Assembly (NCBI GenBank): GCA_951406725.2
Contig: OX597834.1
Coordinates: forward strand, 19,840,001-19,904,000
Source: Octopus vulgaris
Taxonomy: Eukaryota
Length of the DNA stretch: 64,000 nt
Reading direction: 5' to 3'
The notes beneath the pieces were generated by a model, which worked only from the letters and a program-made list of their open reading frames with translations, had not been told where the DNA came from and searched no databases. Positions 26,459 to 39,896 of this stretch are shown here, in pieces; the first letter of the stretch is position 1, and each line of letters opens with the position of its first letter. A program made the position numbers and the translations under genes.

Positions 26459-26550
26459 GTAAGAATTTCTTTCCATTTTAGCAAATACTTTTAGCAAAGA
26501 AGAATGTCACATATGATTTGTTAAGAACTTCTCTAACACCTCCTTACACA

Positions 26551-26581
<31 letters not shown>

Positions 26582-27323
26582 TGCACACACACACATCACA
26601 CACACACACACACACACACACACAGCTAGACACACATAAACAGGCATGCACATATGCATATATATATGTATATATATATATATATATATATGAGTACAGG
26701 ACACCAAGAAAACGTTGAACACAATGAGAAATGAAAACATAGACACAAACCCAAGGAAATGGACATTTTTCTTAAACAACAAAAAAATAGAGTACAGGAC
26801 AAGGAACACAAACCCCTTCTTCAGTCGCCATGGTTTCATCTACTCTACGTTTCATATATATATATATATATAACAATAAGTAGTAAAAGGAAATAGCAGT
26901 CCCCTGGCTGCTATTTCTAAAATTTTCGGTATGTGGTCAAGCAACTTGTTGCAAAGACCCTTATTGTTATAATTATATAAATTTTACCGAATATGGTCCT
27001 TTTCCATACCGAACTGCTACTAGGTGAAATTTGTTGATTTTATTAAATCAATTATATTTCAACCTGTATCTATAATGATTATATATATGTATATATATAT
27101 ACATATATATATATCTTGTGTTGTTGTCATTGGCACTCCATCAATTACGATGACGAGGGTTCCAGTTGATCTGATCAATGGAACAGCCTCCTGATGATAT
27201 GAACATGCATGTAGCTGAGCAGACACATGTACCCTTAACATAGTTCTCAGAGAGATTCAGCATGACACAGTACATGATAAGGTTGTCCCTTTGAAATACA
27301 GATACAACTCATTGATGCCAGCT

Positions 27324-27385
<62 letters not shown>

Positions 27386-27559
27386 TATATACATATATAT
27401 ATATTAAAAATGGGAAGGGCCAGTTTATGGGATTACCTTAGGTTCCTTAGGATTCCCATCCATAAAAGGTTTAAATTTAAGGTGTATTGTCAGATCCTAA
27501 AACCTGTCAACCTAAGACCTTGGATATATATATATAAATAAATATATATATTATTTCTT

Positions 27560-27952
27560 TTTTTCTTTTACTTGTTTCTATGGCCATGCTGGGGCATCAC
27601 CTTTAGTTGAGCAAATCAACCCCAGGACTTGTTCTTTGTAAGCCTAGTACTTATTCTATTGGTCTCTTTCTTTTGCTTAATCACTAAGTCACTTGGATGT
27701 AAACACACCAGCATCGGTTGCCAAGTGATGTTGGGAGGACAAACATACACACACACAAACACACACACACACATATCTATATATATATACATGACAGGCT
27801 TCTTTCAGTTTCTGTCTACCAAATCCACTCACATGTCTTTGTTTGACCTCAGACTATAGTAGAAGACACTTGCCCAAGGTGCCACACAGTGGGATTGAAC
27901 CCAGAACCATGTGGTTGGGAAGCAAGCTACTTACCACACACCCACTCCTGCA
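27560..27952 (-). mobile_element. SINE family A
   Basis: Colinear with the other copies. Confidence 0.85.
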
Positions 27953-29086
27953 CCAATGTTTTTTTATTTTTTGCTTGTTTCAGTCACTGGACTGTGACCA
28001 TGCTGGGGCACTGCCTTGAGGAATTTTATTTGAATGAACCAACCCCAGTTCTTAGTATTTTTAAAGCCGAGCACTTAGTTTATTGGTCACTTTTGCTGAA
28101 TTGCTGAATTACCAGAACATAAACAAACCAACCCTGGTTGTCATGCAGTGGTGGTGGAGGACGAGCACGAAGATGCACACATACACACACACACACATAC
28201 TCTGTCTCTCTCTCACACACTCACATACATATATATTACATATAAACAACAGGCTTCTTTCAGTTTCCATCTGCCAAATACACTAACAAGGCTTTCATCA
28301 GCCCCGCTCAAGGAGCTACATAGTTGAACTGAACCCAGAACCATGTTATTGGGGAAGCAAACTTCTTACCACACAGTCACACCTGTGCCTACAAAACTGA
28401 TATTTGAAGGAGGCTACCATGATTAGGATTTGAACTTGGATTACTACAACCACAATACAGAGTCCTAACCACATGAGAACCACAGCTATGAAGTTCCTAC
28501 ACACATACACACAGTGTTTCCTATAGTTTGTAGAGAACCCCAATAAGCAAAAATAGTCTCAAGTGGAACCATTCACATAAAAAAGTCATATAATGATTAA
28601 TTAAAATAATTAATAGGCGCAGGAGTGGCTGTGTGGTAAGTAGCTTGCTTACCAGCCACATGGTTCCGGATTTGGTAGATCAAATGACTGAAACAAGTAA
28701 AAGAGTAAAAGAGTAATCCATAATTGTTAGTCCAACATCTACTTTGTAGGACTAACCATTATGGATTAATTATTTTATTCCCACTCCAATTTGTCTATTG
28801 GTATTTTATTCTAGGTGGCCAGAGAGAACTGCCATTGAACTTATTATTCAATTTTTTTTATCGATTTATTTATACTAAAATCATATAATTTGTTATTTAT
28901 TCATATAAAATCTTATAACATTTCATTTTTTATATTTGACTTGCAAGATGCCTAATATGGACCCCTATGTTGTAACAGATTTTGTTTCATCTTGGTAAGG
29001 TCACTTTGCCCTTATTATTGGCATAAAGACCCTCCCAAGATAATTTATTATTTATTATTTATTCATATAAATATCATACAATCATT

Positions 29087-29450
29087 TATTACCTCCACCT
29101 TAATGAAGGCAGTGGTATTGCTTTCAGTTGTGTTTGTTTATTTGTTTGTTTGTCCATGGACAAAATATCTCAAGAACTGCTGGATGGATTCAGATGAAAC
29201 TTAGAGAGATGTCTGGCCTCATAACTGGCACGAACTGATTAGATCTGGTACCGGACAAGAATTCTGGATTATTTTTCTGGTGTTTTTACTTAATTTTTGA
29301 AAGCAGCCAGGTTCATTTTTAGCATTTCCATTTATGAGAGCAGTCGAGTATATTTCAGATATCCTCATTTTAAAAATCATCTCTGGTTAATCGTTGAGAG
29401 GACGTTGGTATTGCATTGGCAGAGGTTTCCACTCTCTGAGTGCTCTTGTT
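29087..29450 (+). mobile_element. Helentron-associated interspersed element (HINE / DINE-1-like)
   Basis: Starts TTATTACCTCCACC, then (GTTT)n; inverted subterminal GGCAGAGGT at ~29418; terminal hairpin CACTC-TCT-GAGTG; ends CTTGTT. Confidence 0.7.
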
Positions 29451-31439
29451 ATATATTTAGAATTTATTATTTTGATAACTTTTTCATAAAACAAACTATG
29501 TAATTTTATCAAAAGTCACCTTGTCTCAAGCAAAGCTGGTATCTATTCACAGATCCCTAAAGTTCTGTGGAACCCTGTTTGAGCCCTTCATTAATATACA
29601 TTAAAGATAAGTTTTTATTTCTAACATCATTATCAGATTTTTTTTCCCATATTGGGTCTGTATTATCCGTTTGAATGTACATGTATGCTTTTGTTGGCAC
29701 TGTTTCATTTGACTATTTCCCCAGAAAATGTCAAAGCAGGTGAAACACAAAGTTTGGTGTTTATGGCAGGAAATAACGATTTTTCTGCCAATTAGGAAGC
29801 CATAAACACAAAGCCACGTTGACGCTTTTGCCTTTGCCGGGGATATAATTAAATGTAACCATGGCAGCTAGAATGTACTCAAGGTTTCAAATGGTTAAAG
29901 TCATCAAATACACATTCAGAAGTATGGTAGTGTTGTTAAGAATCTAACATCCTAACTCTGGGGTCTTAGGGTCGATTTTACAGCACAGCACCTTGAGCAG
30001 AGTATCTTTCTGAGCTTATATGAAATGGCAATATGTGAGGTTCAACTAGTTCATCTGTGTGGGGTTTGTGCAGCCAAGGTGAGTGTGGTGGTTTCGATAA
30101 ATATTTGACTGTACCTACTTTGAAAGAAAGACAAAATAACTTCACAACTATCTTGAATTTTGGTAGGAGCCACTCTTCCAGGGGTTGCAGAGAGGAGGAC
30201 CATAATATTTTCTCTCCTTGACTTAAGTTGACTGGTCTTGTCAATGAACTTTAATGATTGGAAACTGTACCTCCATTGAAAAAAAAAAAAATGAAAATAA
30301 TAACTTTACAACTACCTTGAATTTTGATAGAAGCCATTCCTCCAGGGTTTGTAGAGAGTAAATGATGTTGGTTCTGTCTTGCAATTTTTCTCTTGGAGAC
30401 CATAATATTTTCTCTTCTTGCTCCAAATTGGCCAGTCTTATCAACAAAACTTAATGGGTAGAAACTGCAGAGAGTCTGCAAGAAAGACAGTTTCATTGGT
30501 TGATTTAGCCATTTTTTTAGGTCCAGAAATTGAACTAATTACTTCGTGATTGTAAGCCCAATGCTCTAACCATTGAATTATACACCTTCACTTAGGCATC
30601 CTAATAATAAATAATTAGTATTCGAATAATAAATAATCACATCATTGAAATCCCCAAACTATGAGATAATGCATCATTAATTCAAAACGTTGTGAATAAA
30701 TATTCATTAAATTTGACAGAGTATGAAAAGGATAAGCATTCAGACACCACCACTATCTTCCCAAATTTTGGTCTGAAAATTTCAATTTTTATGCCCGAAA
30801 ATGTGACAGACTTTGATGCTTTTGATACAGCTGTAAAGGCTGGGTACGCATCCGTCACCAACCACTTTACAGTGTGAACAAAGTGTCATTTTACTCATGG
30901 GGTTATCTGCCCCTGAAGTGATTTAAGACATCCTCTCTTCTATTGCACCAGTCTTGTGTTCGTTTAATAGATAAAATCTGAAACATTAATCTATAGAAAG
31001 AGAAAGCTAATTGCAGATAAGCAACACATGGAGATTTTCAAATGAATATCTTTGTTCAGATTTTCTCAATATCTTTGTTCCCTGAATGACTAAAGGGTCA
31101 GAGAGAAAAAAAAAATTATTCTGACATAAAGCCTTCTTGAATTTTATTAATGATCTTCTCTTGTCTTTGTACAGGCACTAATTAACAAAGTTTTGCAGTA
31201 CACCTGGTCTCCATAGTAATAGGTATTATTAGCATGTACTTGATCTCATCTCTAGTCCTTCCTTCCTTCATTCCTCCTGGCATTATACTTCAAATTTGAT
31301 TATTCGTTTCAGAATGATTTACGTCTACAGTAAAATTACTATTGTGAAGAGTGTATATGAAAGGCAAATTCGTGGACTTGGTTTTCTTTATTGTTCTCTG
31401 TTTATCATTATCTCATTATTATTATTATTTTTATTATTA

Positions 31440-31483
<44 letters not shown>

Positions 31484-31711
31484 GGTGTAAAATATTCAAA
31501 TTGAATCAACATTTCATTTTCACTCAAACTGTTTAAAATTTTTAACTTCTTCATCATCATCATCATCATCGTCATCATCATCATCATCGTCATCATCATC
31601 ATCATCGTCATCATCCTCATTCTCTATGCAAAGTTTTATGGCTCATTTAATTAAATCTTTCTTTCTTTTTTTGTGTGTGTGTGTGTGTGTGTGTTATCAG
31701 TTGTATATGTC

Positions 31712-31756
31712 ATGTCTTATTTATCTTCCATAATTGTTAATCTTCCTTCAACGAAG
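31712..31756 (+). CDS. Candidate alternative first coding mini-exon (MSYLSSIIVNLPSTK)
   Basis: ATG plus 15 open codons ending at the consensus donor AAG|GTAAGA, phase 0. Confidence 0.3.
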
Positions 31757-32211
31757 GTAAGATTTTCTTTCTCTGCAAATCTTCCTGGTTTTACCTTTAT
31801 TGTATTCAACCTAACAACAGAATAAATACCAGGCTTTAATAGAAAACAATTTCTGGGGTAGATTCATTTGATTAAAAATCCTTCAAGGTAGTGCCCCAGC
31901 ATGGCCACAGTCTCAGGATTGAAACAAGTAAATGATAAAAGATTCATGTGTGTGTGTGTGTGTGCATATTTCCATTGTTTATCGTTTATATTCTGCTTGT
32001 GCCAGTCATCAGACTGTGGCCATGCTGGGGCACCATCTTCGAGAATTTTTAGTTGAATGAATTGACTCAGGTACTTCTTTTTTTTGTTTTTAAGAAGTGG
32101 TACTTATTCTACCAATCTCTTTTGTTGCTAAGTTACAGGACACAAACACACCAAGACTAGTTATCAAATGATCATGTCAGGGACAAATATGGACACAAAG
32201 ACACACACATG

Positions 32212-32261
<50 letters not shown>

Positions 32262-34097
32262 TATAGTTGCAGGCATGGTTGTGTGGTAAGAAGCTTGGTT
32301 CCCAACCACATGGTTCTGGGTTCAGTCACCAACTTGATAACTGGTGTTGGTGTGTTTATGTCCCTGTAACGTAGCAGTTTGGCAAAAGAGACCAATAGAA
32401 TTCTTCAAAGACAAGATTCTTCCCTTGATCCATGCAAGCATGAAAAAGCAAGCATTAAAAGGATGATGATGATGACAACAATGAAGATGGTGGTGATGGC
32501 CATCATCATCATCATCATCATCCCATCTAAATAAACCTTTCTGCTATAGGTACAAGGCCTGAAATTTGTGGGGAGGAGACTAGTCACTTACATCGACTCC
32601 AGTATGCAACTGGTACTTAATTTATCGACTCTGAAACGATGAAAGGCAAAGTCAACCTCGGCAGAAATTGAACTCAAAATGTAGCGACAGGCAAAATACC
32701 ACTAATCATTTTGTCCAGTATGCTAACAATTCTGCCAGCTCACTGCCTTCCCATCTAAACAAACAATTGCACATGAGGTTTACTTACAAACAACGATTTT
32801 AACTTCTTAAATAAAGTGTTTTATGATGTAATGCTTTATGCTTGGTTTTCTAAATGCCATTTGGCGGCAAGTTAGCAAATAGACCCCACTGTTTCGATAA
32901 CAACTGAATCAGGTTGTAAAACTAAAACGAAGCCTTTAACATTATGTTAACTAAAAAAAAAAGACAAAAAAAAACCAAGCCTTTTTGAGACATGCAGCCC
33001 TTCTTAATATTCCTTTTAGCTTCCTTTTGACTCCCTTTTAGGTTAAAAGGTAGAATTTTGAGGAACACAGTTTGGCTTTTAAGATGGTAAAGAATTTAAG
33101 TTAGGAATAATTTCCTTTAAAATGTTGAAGGCAATTAGTTGATTTTGAATCCCTTTTAAGAACCTTATTCTTTGTGTGTGTGTTGGTGGGGGTGGGGTAT
33201 ATTATGTGGATGGATGTGTGTGTGTTAGCATGTAGTTGTGTGTGTGTGTGTATGAGTTTAGGTAATTCTGTGTGTGTAGTTTATTTATGTGTATAGATAA
33301 TTATGTCTGTGTATGAGCATGTTGTTGTGTATGTGTGAGTGCATGTGCAGTGTGTATGTGTGTAGGTAATAATGTGTGTATATGCATGTAACCATGAGAG
33401 TGAGTGAGTGAACATACATGTGTGTGTATGCATGTGTGTTGGTAGTTACATGAGTATGTGGATGTATATGCATGTAATTGTGCAATTGTGTGTGTGTGTG
33501 TGTTTGTATTTGTGTGTGTGTGTGTGTGTGTGCATGTGTGCATGTTGATTGAGTAGTGCAAAAAGTAAGGGATCATTTCATGACTGCAATACAAGAAATT
33601 GTAAACAGGTTCAGTTATCATCATTATCATCATCATATTCATCATTATAGTTCTTGCATCTCTTGGCAATCAATATCCTACTTCACTTGTTTCACCAACT
33701 TCAGCATCGGCACTGAGCTTATGTGTGTGTGTGAAGTCATCAATTTTTCTGTCATTTAATGACTTTCTACACTCCTTATTATTTCATCTTGTATCATATT
33801 ACATATTTCTTTACTACCCACAAGGGGCTAAACACAGAGGGGACAAACAAGGACAGACAAACGGGTTATGTCGATTACATCGACCCCAGTGCGTAACCGG
33901 TACTTAATTTATCGACCCCGAAAGGATGAAAGGCAAAGTCGACCTCGGCGGAATTTGAACTCAGAATGTAACGGCAGACGTTATATATTACATATATTTA
34001 TATGTCTTGTAGAATGATACATTAAGGAGCTTTTTTTTTCCTGTGTGCACTACCAGATTACTTGAATCCATATATTATGACTTAAATTATATATATC

Positions 34098-34128
<31 letters not shown>

Positions 34129-34362
34129 TTATGGAAAAAAGAAAACATTTACAGTACTCAATTATTTTTATCAAAACAATTAAAAGTTATGATAAAAGTA
34201 GTATTATAGTGATGATAAATGCATCATTATGATTAAGGGCACTGAAAATATCAAAAATGGGGCTAACTAATTTAATGTGTTAATAATTTTAATGAATGAA
34301 GTATTATAACATTGATGTGATACTTATTGTATACCTTCTTTTGCCCCCCTGCTCTGTATGTA

Positions 34363-34413
<51 letters not shown>

Positions 34414-34466
34414 TGGGGTCCAAAAGTAGGTATTCAGTATCACATCAATGTTATAATTCTTTATTC

Positions 34467-34505
<39 letters not shown>

Positions 34506-34524
34506 AAGTTAGATAAGGTTGGTG

Positions 34525-34591
34525 TATAGGATTACTTTAGGTTTCATGTCCATAAAGGGCTCGGCTTTATGGCATATCATCAGATCCCACA
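34525..34591 (-). ncRNA. Type I hammerhead ribozyme with long stem II
   Basis: UGUGGGAU-CUGAUGA-U-AUGCCAUAAAG(ccgagcc)CUUUAUGGACAU-GAAAC(cuaaa)GUA-AUCCUAUA; the canonical core is intact. Confidence 0.78.
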
Positions 34592-35855
34592 ACCTGTTGG
34601 CTAAAGGCCTCTCTAGTGAGTGGTCTCTCTGGAATATGGAGGAGGAAATTAGCTTGTTACATATATATATATATATATTTAAAATGGGGAAGGCCTGTTT
34701 ATGGGATTACCGTAGTTTTCTTACCTTTTATGGATAGGAAACCTAAGGTGATCCCATAAACCAGTCTTCCTCATTTTTAATATATACTGCTCTGCATCCT
34801 AGAGAGTGCTTCTTCTTTCAGATTTATGTTTTTTACAAATGATATATATATATATATATATATTTGTCTTCTCTCCTTCTTTATTTTAAATTCCTGAAGT
34901 GCTAATTGGTTGAGCTGTATAAAGTGGATTTCTATATCACTTATTTCTTCATTATATATATATATAAAGATAGATATATCATTGTTTTCAATTAATCTTG
35001 CATTATCTCTTAGCTTTGAGATTTCTACGATGTGATTGTTCATTTTCAGAATGACATTATAGGGAAGGTGTGACAGACAGGACCTGGCTGGTTTGAACAT
35101 GAAACAGGTAGAATATTTGAGCCAGATATGGTCAATTTAAATACTAAAAGTATAAAGTAATAGGTGACTTTCCAGCCATTTTTTCTTGTTGGCATTGAGC
35201 TAATGTAACCTCACCGAGAGAGTCTATTGACATCATCAGCTTTGGTCCATTTCGACTCTGATTAATCAATAACAATATAAAAATACGTACATTTAAAGAT
35301 GATTATTTGTTTTTCTTTTAATGTGTCTGCAGAGTGGTGTTTATTGGTACTTAATTCTATTGATCACTGAAAGGATGAAAGGCAAAGACGACCTTAATGA
35401 CATCTGATTTCACAATATAAAGAAGCAGAAGAATGGCTGCAAGGCATCTTCCACAGTGCTCTAGATATTCTGCTAATGTGCCATCATCATCACCATCATC
35501 ATTTAACGTCTATCACTCATGCTGGCATGGGTGGGTTGGTTAGTTTGATAGAGCTGACAAACCGGGGAGCTGCGCAAGGCACCAATTGTCTGTTTTGGCA
35601 TCGTTTTTATGGCCAGATGCCCTTCCTAATGCCAACCACTTTACAGAGTGTTCTGGGTGCTTTTTATGCAGCACCAACACAGGACCGTTTTATGCGTGCT
35701 AACAATTCTGCCAGCTTGACACCTTAATAATAATAATAATGATAATAGAAATTTTGATATTAAGCTTCGCCTGTTAGGCCGAGAAGAAGAAGAAGAAGAA
35801 GAAGAAGAAGAAGAAGAAGAAGAAGAGAAGAAGCAGCAGCAGCAGCAACAACAAC

Positions 35856-36552
35856 AACTACATAAAATACAGAATAGACAACGCATCAGAAAGTGATAAG
35901 TGCAGAATCTGTGGACAAAATGGTGAAACCGTATGGCATATTACCAGTCAATGTACGCCACAAGCCCAAAAGGAATATAAGAGATGTCTCAACAATATAG
36001 CTAGGCTTGTCCATTGGACACTTTGCAACAAATATGGACTTGACAGAGCAAAAAATTGGTACGACCACAAACCTGAAGGCATTGTCGAAAATAGAAATGC
36101 AAACATCCTATGGGATTTTATGATTCAGTGCCACCATGAGATAGACAATAGGAAGCCAGACATAGTCTTAATTGAGAAACAAAACAAACTATGCTGGATC
36201 ATAGATATAGCATGTCCAGCTGACAAGGTATGTGATACGGAAGAAAAGTTGAGAGATATGACAGGTTAGCTTGGGAAGTTAAGCAGTTGTGGTCAATGAA
36301 AAAGGTAATAGTAGTACCAGTAATTGTTGGAGCCCTGGGAACAATGAGTAAAAATCTCGAGAAGTACATGGAACAAATAGGGGTGCAATAAGGGTGGAGC
36401 ACTTGCAGAAAACAGCACTGCTTAGAACTGTTTGAATACTCCAGAAGGTGTTCGAAGAATAAGAGGTGTTACCTTAGTTCACTGGTAGTGAACAGCTGAC
36501 AACATAGTACATCTCCAGCATCAGAAGCTGTGCGTAGGCAATAATAATAATA
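35856..36552 (+). mobile_element. 3' end of a Dong/R4-type non-LTR retrotransposon (CCHC finger plus restriction-like endonuclease), degenerate
   Basis: NYIKYRID..KCRICGQNGETVWHITSQC...WYDHKPEGIVEN...ILWDF..Q....I.NRKPDIVLIEK...IIDIACP...VPVIVGALG; frameshifts present; (TAA)n tail. Confidence 0.88.
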
Positions 36553-36819
36553 AGAAGATTTAAAGAAAGTGGCAAGATGCTGTAATAGAAACCAAACAGG
36601 AAAAATCACAAAAGTAGATATGACTTGTGGTGATGGTGGTGAAGATGATGATGATGATGATTATGCCATATATTACACTGATCTTTCTACTATCAAGCTA
36701 TAATATACACAACAGTCCTCACACAACTCATTTACATACATACATATGCATATACATATATAAATATATATTTATATATACATCATAAATACATTTGTGT
36801 ATGTATGTTTATGTATATG

Positions 36820-36854
<35 letters not shown>

Positions 36855-37228
36855 TTATGTTTGTACATGTATATATATATATATATTGTGTATATATTAT
36901 AACTTAAATATTAAAGGAAATGATGACGTTATAAAATAACTCAAAATTGTTTTTTGTTTATTTTCAAATTCTTTTTTTAACAGTTTGCAATTCTGTTGCC
37001 TATCTTACCATGTTTAGCTTTCACCATAAGATCATCATCATCATTATTATTATTACTATTATTATTATTATTATTACTATTATTATTATTATTATTATTT
37101 GACACATGGAATTTGTCAAAACTGAAATATATTCATATCTGCAATTGATTTCGACAGCAATGATAAAATGCTGCCTGCTACTAGATAAGTATATCTACCT
37201 ATCTATCTGTCTATCTATATATTATATA

Positions 37229-37286
<58 letters not shown>

Positions 37287-38729
37287 AATATATATATGTT
37301 TGTGTGTGTATATATGTAAATATATATATATATATGCATATATATGTATGTGTGTGTATATATGTAAATATATATATATATGCATATATATGTATGTGTG
37401 CGTGTGTATATATATTTATATGCAAATATATAATTTCACTCCTTTTCAATGGAAAAAAATAACAAGCAAAAGAAAATAAAGAAAATAAATCAATAAATAA
37501 TAAAAAACTATGAAACAAACCAAGAAACTTAATGTTTCATATGAATAAATTTAAAATATCCACATTGCTTCCACTTTCAGTTTTGTTACGGGTCCTCGCA
37601 TACACACACTGAAAATGTCTGTTCTCATCCTTGATTTATTGTCAGTGTTTCAATATGAAAGAAGCATATCTTGTTTAAATCAAATGATTATTATTACTTG
37701 CCATATTGTTGAAATCCTACGAATCTATTATAGGTGTCGATGTATATAAATGTCTGTATTCATTCACACACATACATGTGCATATAAAAATATCTATATC
37801 TTCCTACCTACACACATACACACACACGCACATTTACATTAATGTAAATATCATCATCATCTTTGTCGTCATCATCATCAGGTACACCTTTCCATGTTTG
37901 CAAGGATCAGTCGGAATTCATTGGAGCAGATTTTGTAGTGATTGGATGCACTTCCTGGTGCCATGCCTCACCTGTTTCCAAGCAATGTAATACGTCCCCA
38001 TGTTTAGAAATGCCTTCATAGTTCCTGATTTAGAGTTGTTACTGGTTAACGTAGTATAAGGAATTTTTTAGCCCAACAAAATCTACAATTCTCTGTACAG
38101 TCATTGACATTATCAAAGACGTCCCATGTTATTTGGAGGGCAAGGCAGACCCTGGTCCTTGAATTTTACACTAAATTTTACTATTTGTATTATTAACATA
38201 TCATTTTCCTTCTATTATTAATTATTTGGCAGAAAGTGATCATTCTTTAATTGGAAGTAACCAAAATATGTAGACAGAACTTGTTTTTCTAAATGTAAAG
38301 CCCTTTCTTTGATATGTTAAAAAACATTCTTGAGCAACAAGTGTCCATTCTTTGATAGGAAGTAGACATTCTTTGGTTGGAAATACTAATTATTTGTAGA
38401 CATTTCCCACATGTTGGTAGGAGGAAACCCATTACTTGACAAAAGATATTAACTCTTTTATGTAGAAAAGTTCCATTCCTTGGGAAAAAGTGCCAAATGT
38501 TTGGTAGAAAGGCAAATTCTTTGTAGAAAGTACCAATTCTTTGATAAGAAACAGCCCCTATTACATGTGCCTCTAGTCACAGCTTCAGGTTTGTTATTTT
38601 ACACCAAGTCCATAAGTCACTGGAACACAAAAGAATATGATTGGTACCTGATTGCTACACATGCTTCTGTAAGAAGTGCTCGTTCTTTAGTGAAATTTAT
38701 CCAAACTGAGTCAAGAACCACTCAAGAAA

Positions 38730-39118
38730 TCTTTATATATAAAAGTCAAGTTGTGTGTCTGTCTCCTACGATTTAGATTCCTAACTACTCCCACATTTTG
38801 TGGTGCAGTGTAACCAAAACCGGGTATCTTATAGTCGTGATTCATATCGAGCCCTTCTGGGTATTAGCGCACGTCTACGATGAGTCTACGATTTAAAAAA
38901 AAAATTTACCATCATTTTTTTCTATTTTAATGCATTTTTTCGCTATTATATAAGGGAAGTAACTCTCTAAAAATGTCTACGATGAGTCAACGATTTAAGA
39001 AAAAATTTACCATAATTTTTTTTCCATTTTTAATGCATTTTTTTGCTATTTTTTGGCTATAACTCTCTAAAAATGCTTATATAGTTATTTCCCTTACAAA
39101 CCCGGGCGATACTGCTAG
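38730..39118 (+). mobile_element. Non-autonomous Helitron, copy 3, with the terminal hairpin deleted
   Basis: A|TCTTTATATATAAAAG...ACAAACCCGGGCGATACTGCTAG|T; lacks the AGCAACGCCG present in copies 1 and 2. Confidence 0.85.
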
Positions 39119-39347
39119 TGTGACATAAAACCAAGAAACAGTTCAGTTGCTGTAAACAACTTGATTGTAGCAGCGTGTAAATGTTTCTGACAAGCCAGGA
39201 GATGACAAATCTGCTTTTAAGAGGCTCTTGTCTCCATTATCCTATTATTTTGCAGCAAGACTGAATATGTTGTTGGGTAGTCCCTGTCAGCTGTGATCAA
39301 GCAGAGCTCTGACTACATCATTTCAACCTTATGAGTATGCTGTAAAC

Positions 39348-39830
39348 ATCATCATCATCATCGTTTAACGTCCGTTCTCCATGCTAGCATGGGTTGGACG
39401 GTTCGACCGGGGATCTGGGAAGCCAGAAGGCTGCACCAGGCTCCGGTCTTATCTGGCAATGTTTCTACTCCGTGAGTGTAGTGGGTGCTTTTTACGTGCC
39501 ACCTGCACTGGTGCCAGGTGAGGCTGGCATCGGCCACGGTCGGATTGGTGCATTTTATGTGCCACCGACACGGAAGCCAGTCAAGGCGGCGCTGGCATCG
39601 GCCACGATTCGGATGGTGCTTTTTACGTGCCACCGACACAGAAGCCAGTTGAGGCGGCACTGGCTTCGGCCACGATTTGGATGGTGCTTTTTACATGCCA
39701 CGACACGGAAGCCAGTCGAGGCGGTGCTGGCATCGGCCACGATTCAGATAGTGCTTTTTACGTATCTCCAGTCCAGGGGTCCTGGCATCTGCCGGGTGCC
39801 AGTCATAGGATTGGTTCAATTTCAATTATA
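39348..39830 (-). mobile_element. SINE family C with expanded internal ~67-bp tandem repeat
   Basis: The GCCACGATTCGGATGGTGCTTTTTACGTGCCACCGACACGGAAGCCAG unit occurs about 4 times. Confidence 0.8.
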
Positions 39831-39896
39831 GATATTCACTGATGTACCTACCTGTCTGACTATTTATCTGTCTGTCTATATATTAATATAGATATA

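Noticed and set aside
26690-26853. CUGAAGA and GAAACGU motifs on the - strand
   Set aside because: The motifs cannot be closed into stems I-III within this copy; at most a truncated ribozyme-bearing repeat.
38200-38560. Degenerate ~20-bp periodicity (CCATTCTTTG.TAGAAAG); similar TTTGATACCATTC repeats at 51590-52045 and a diverged tandem pair at 30110-30470
   Set aside because: Consistent with old decayed minisatellites or tandem duplications; no coding or structural signal.
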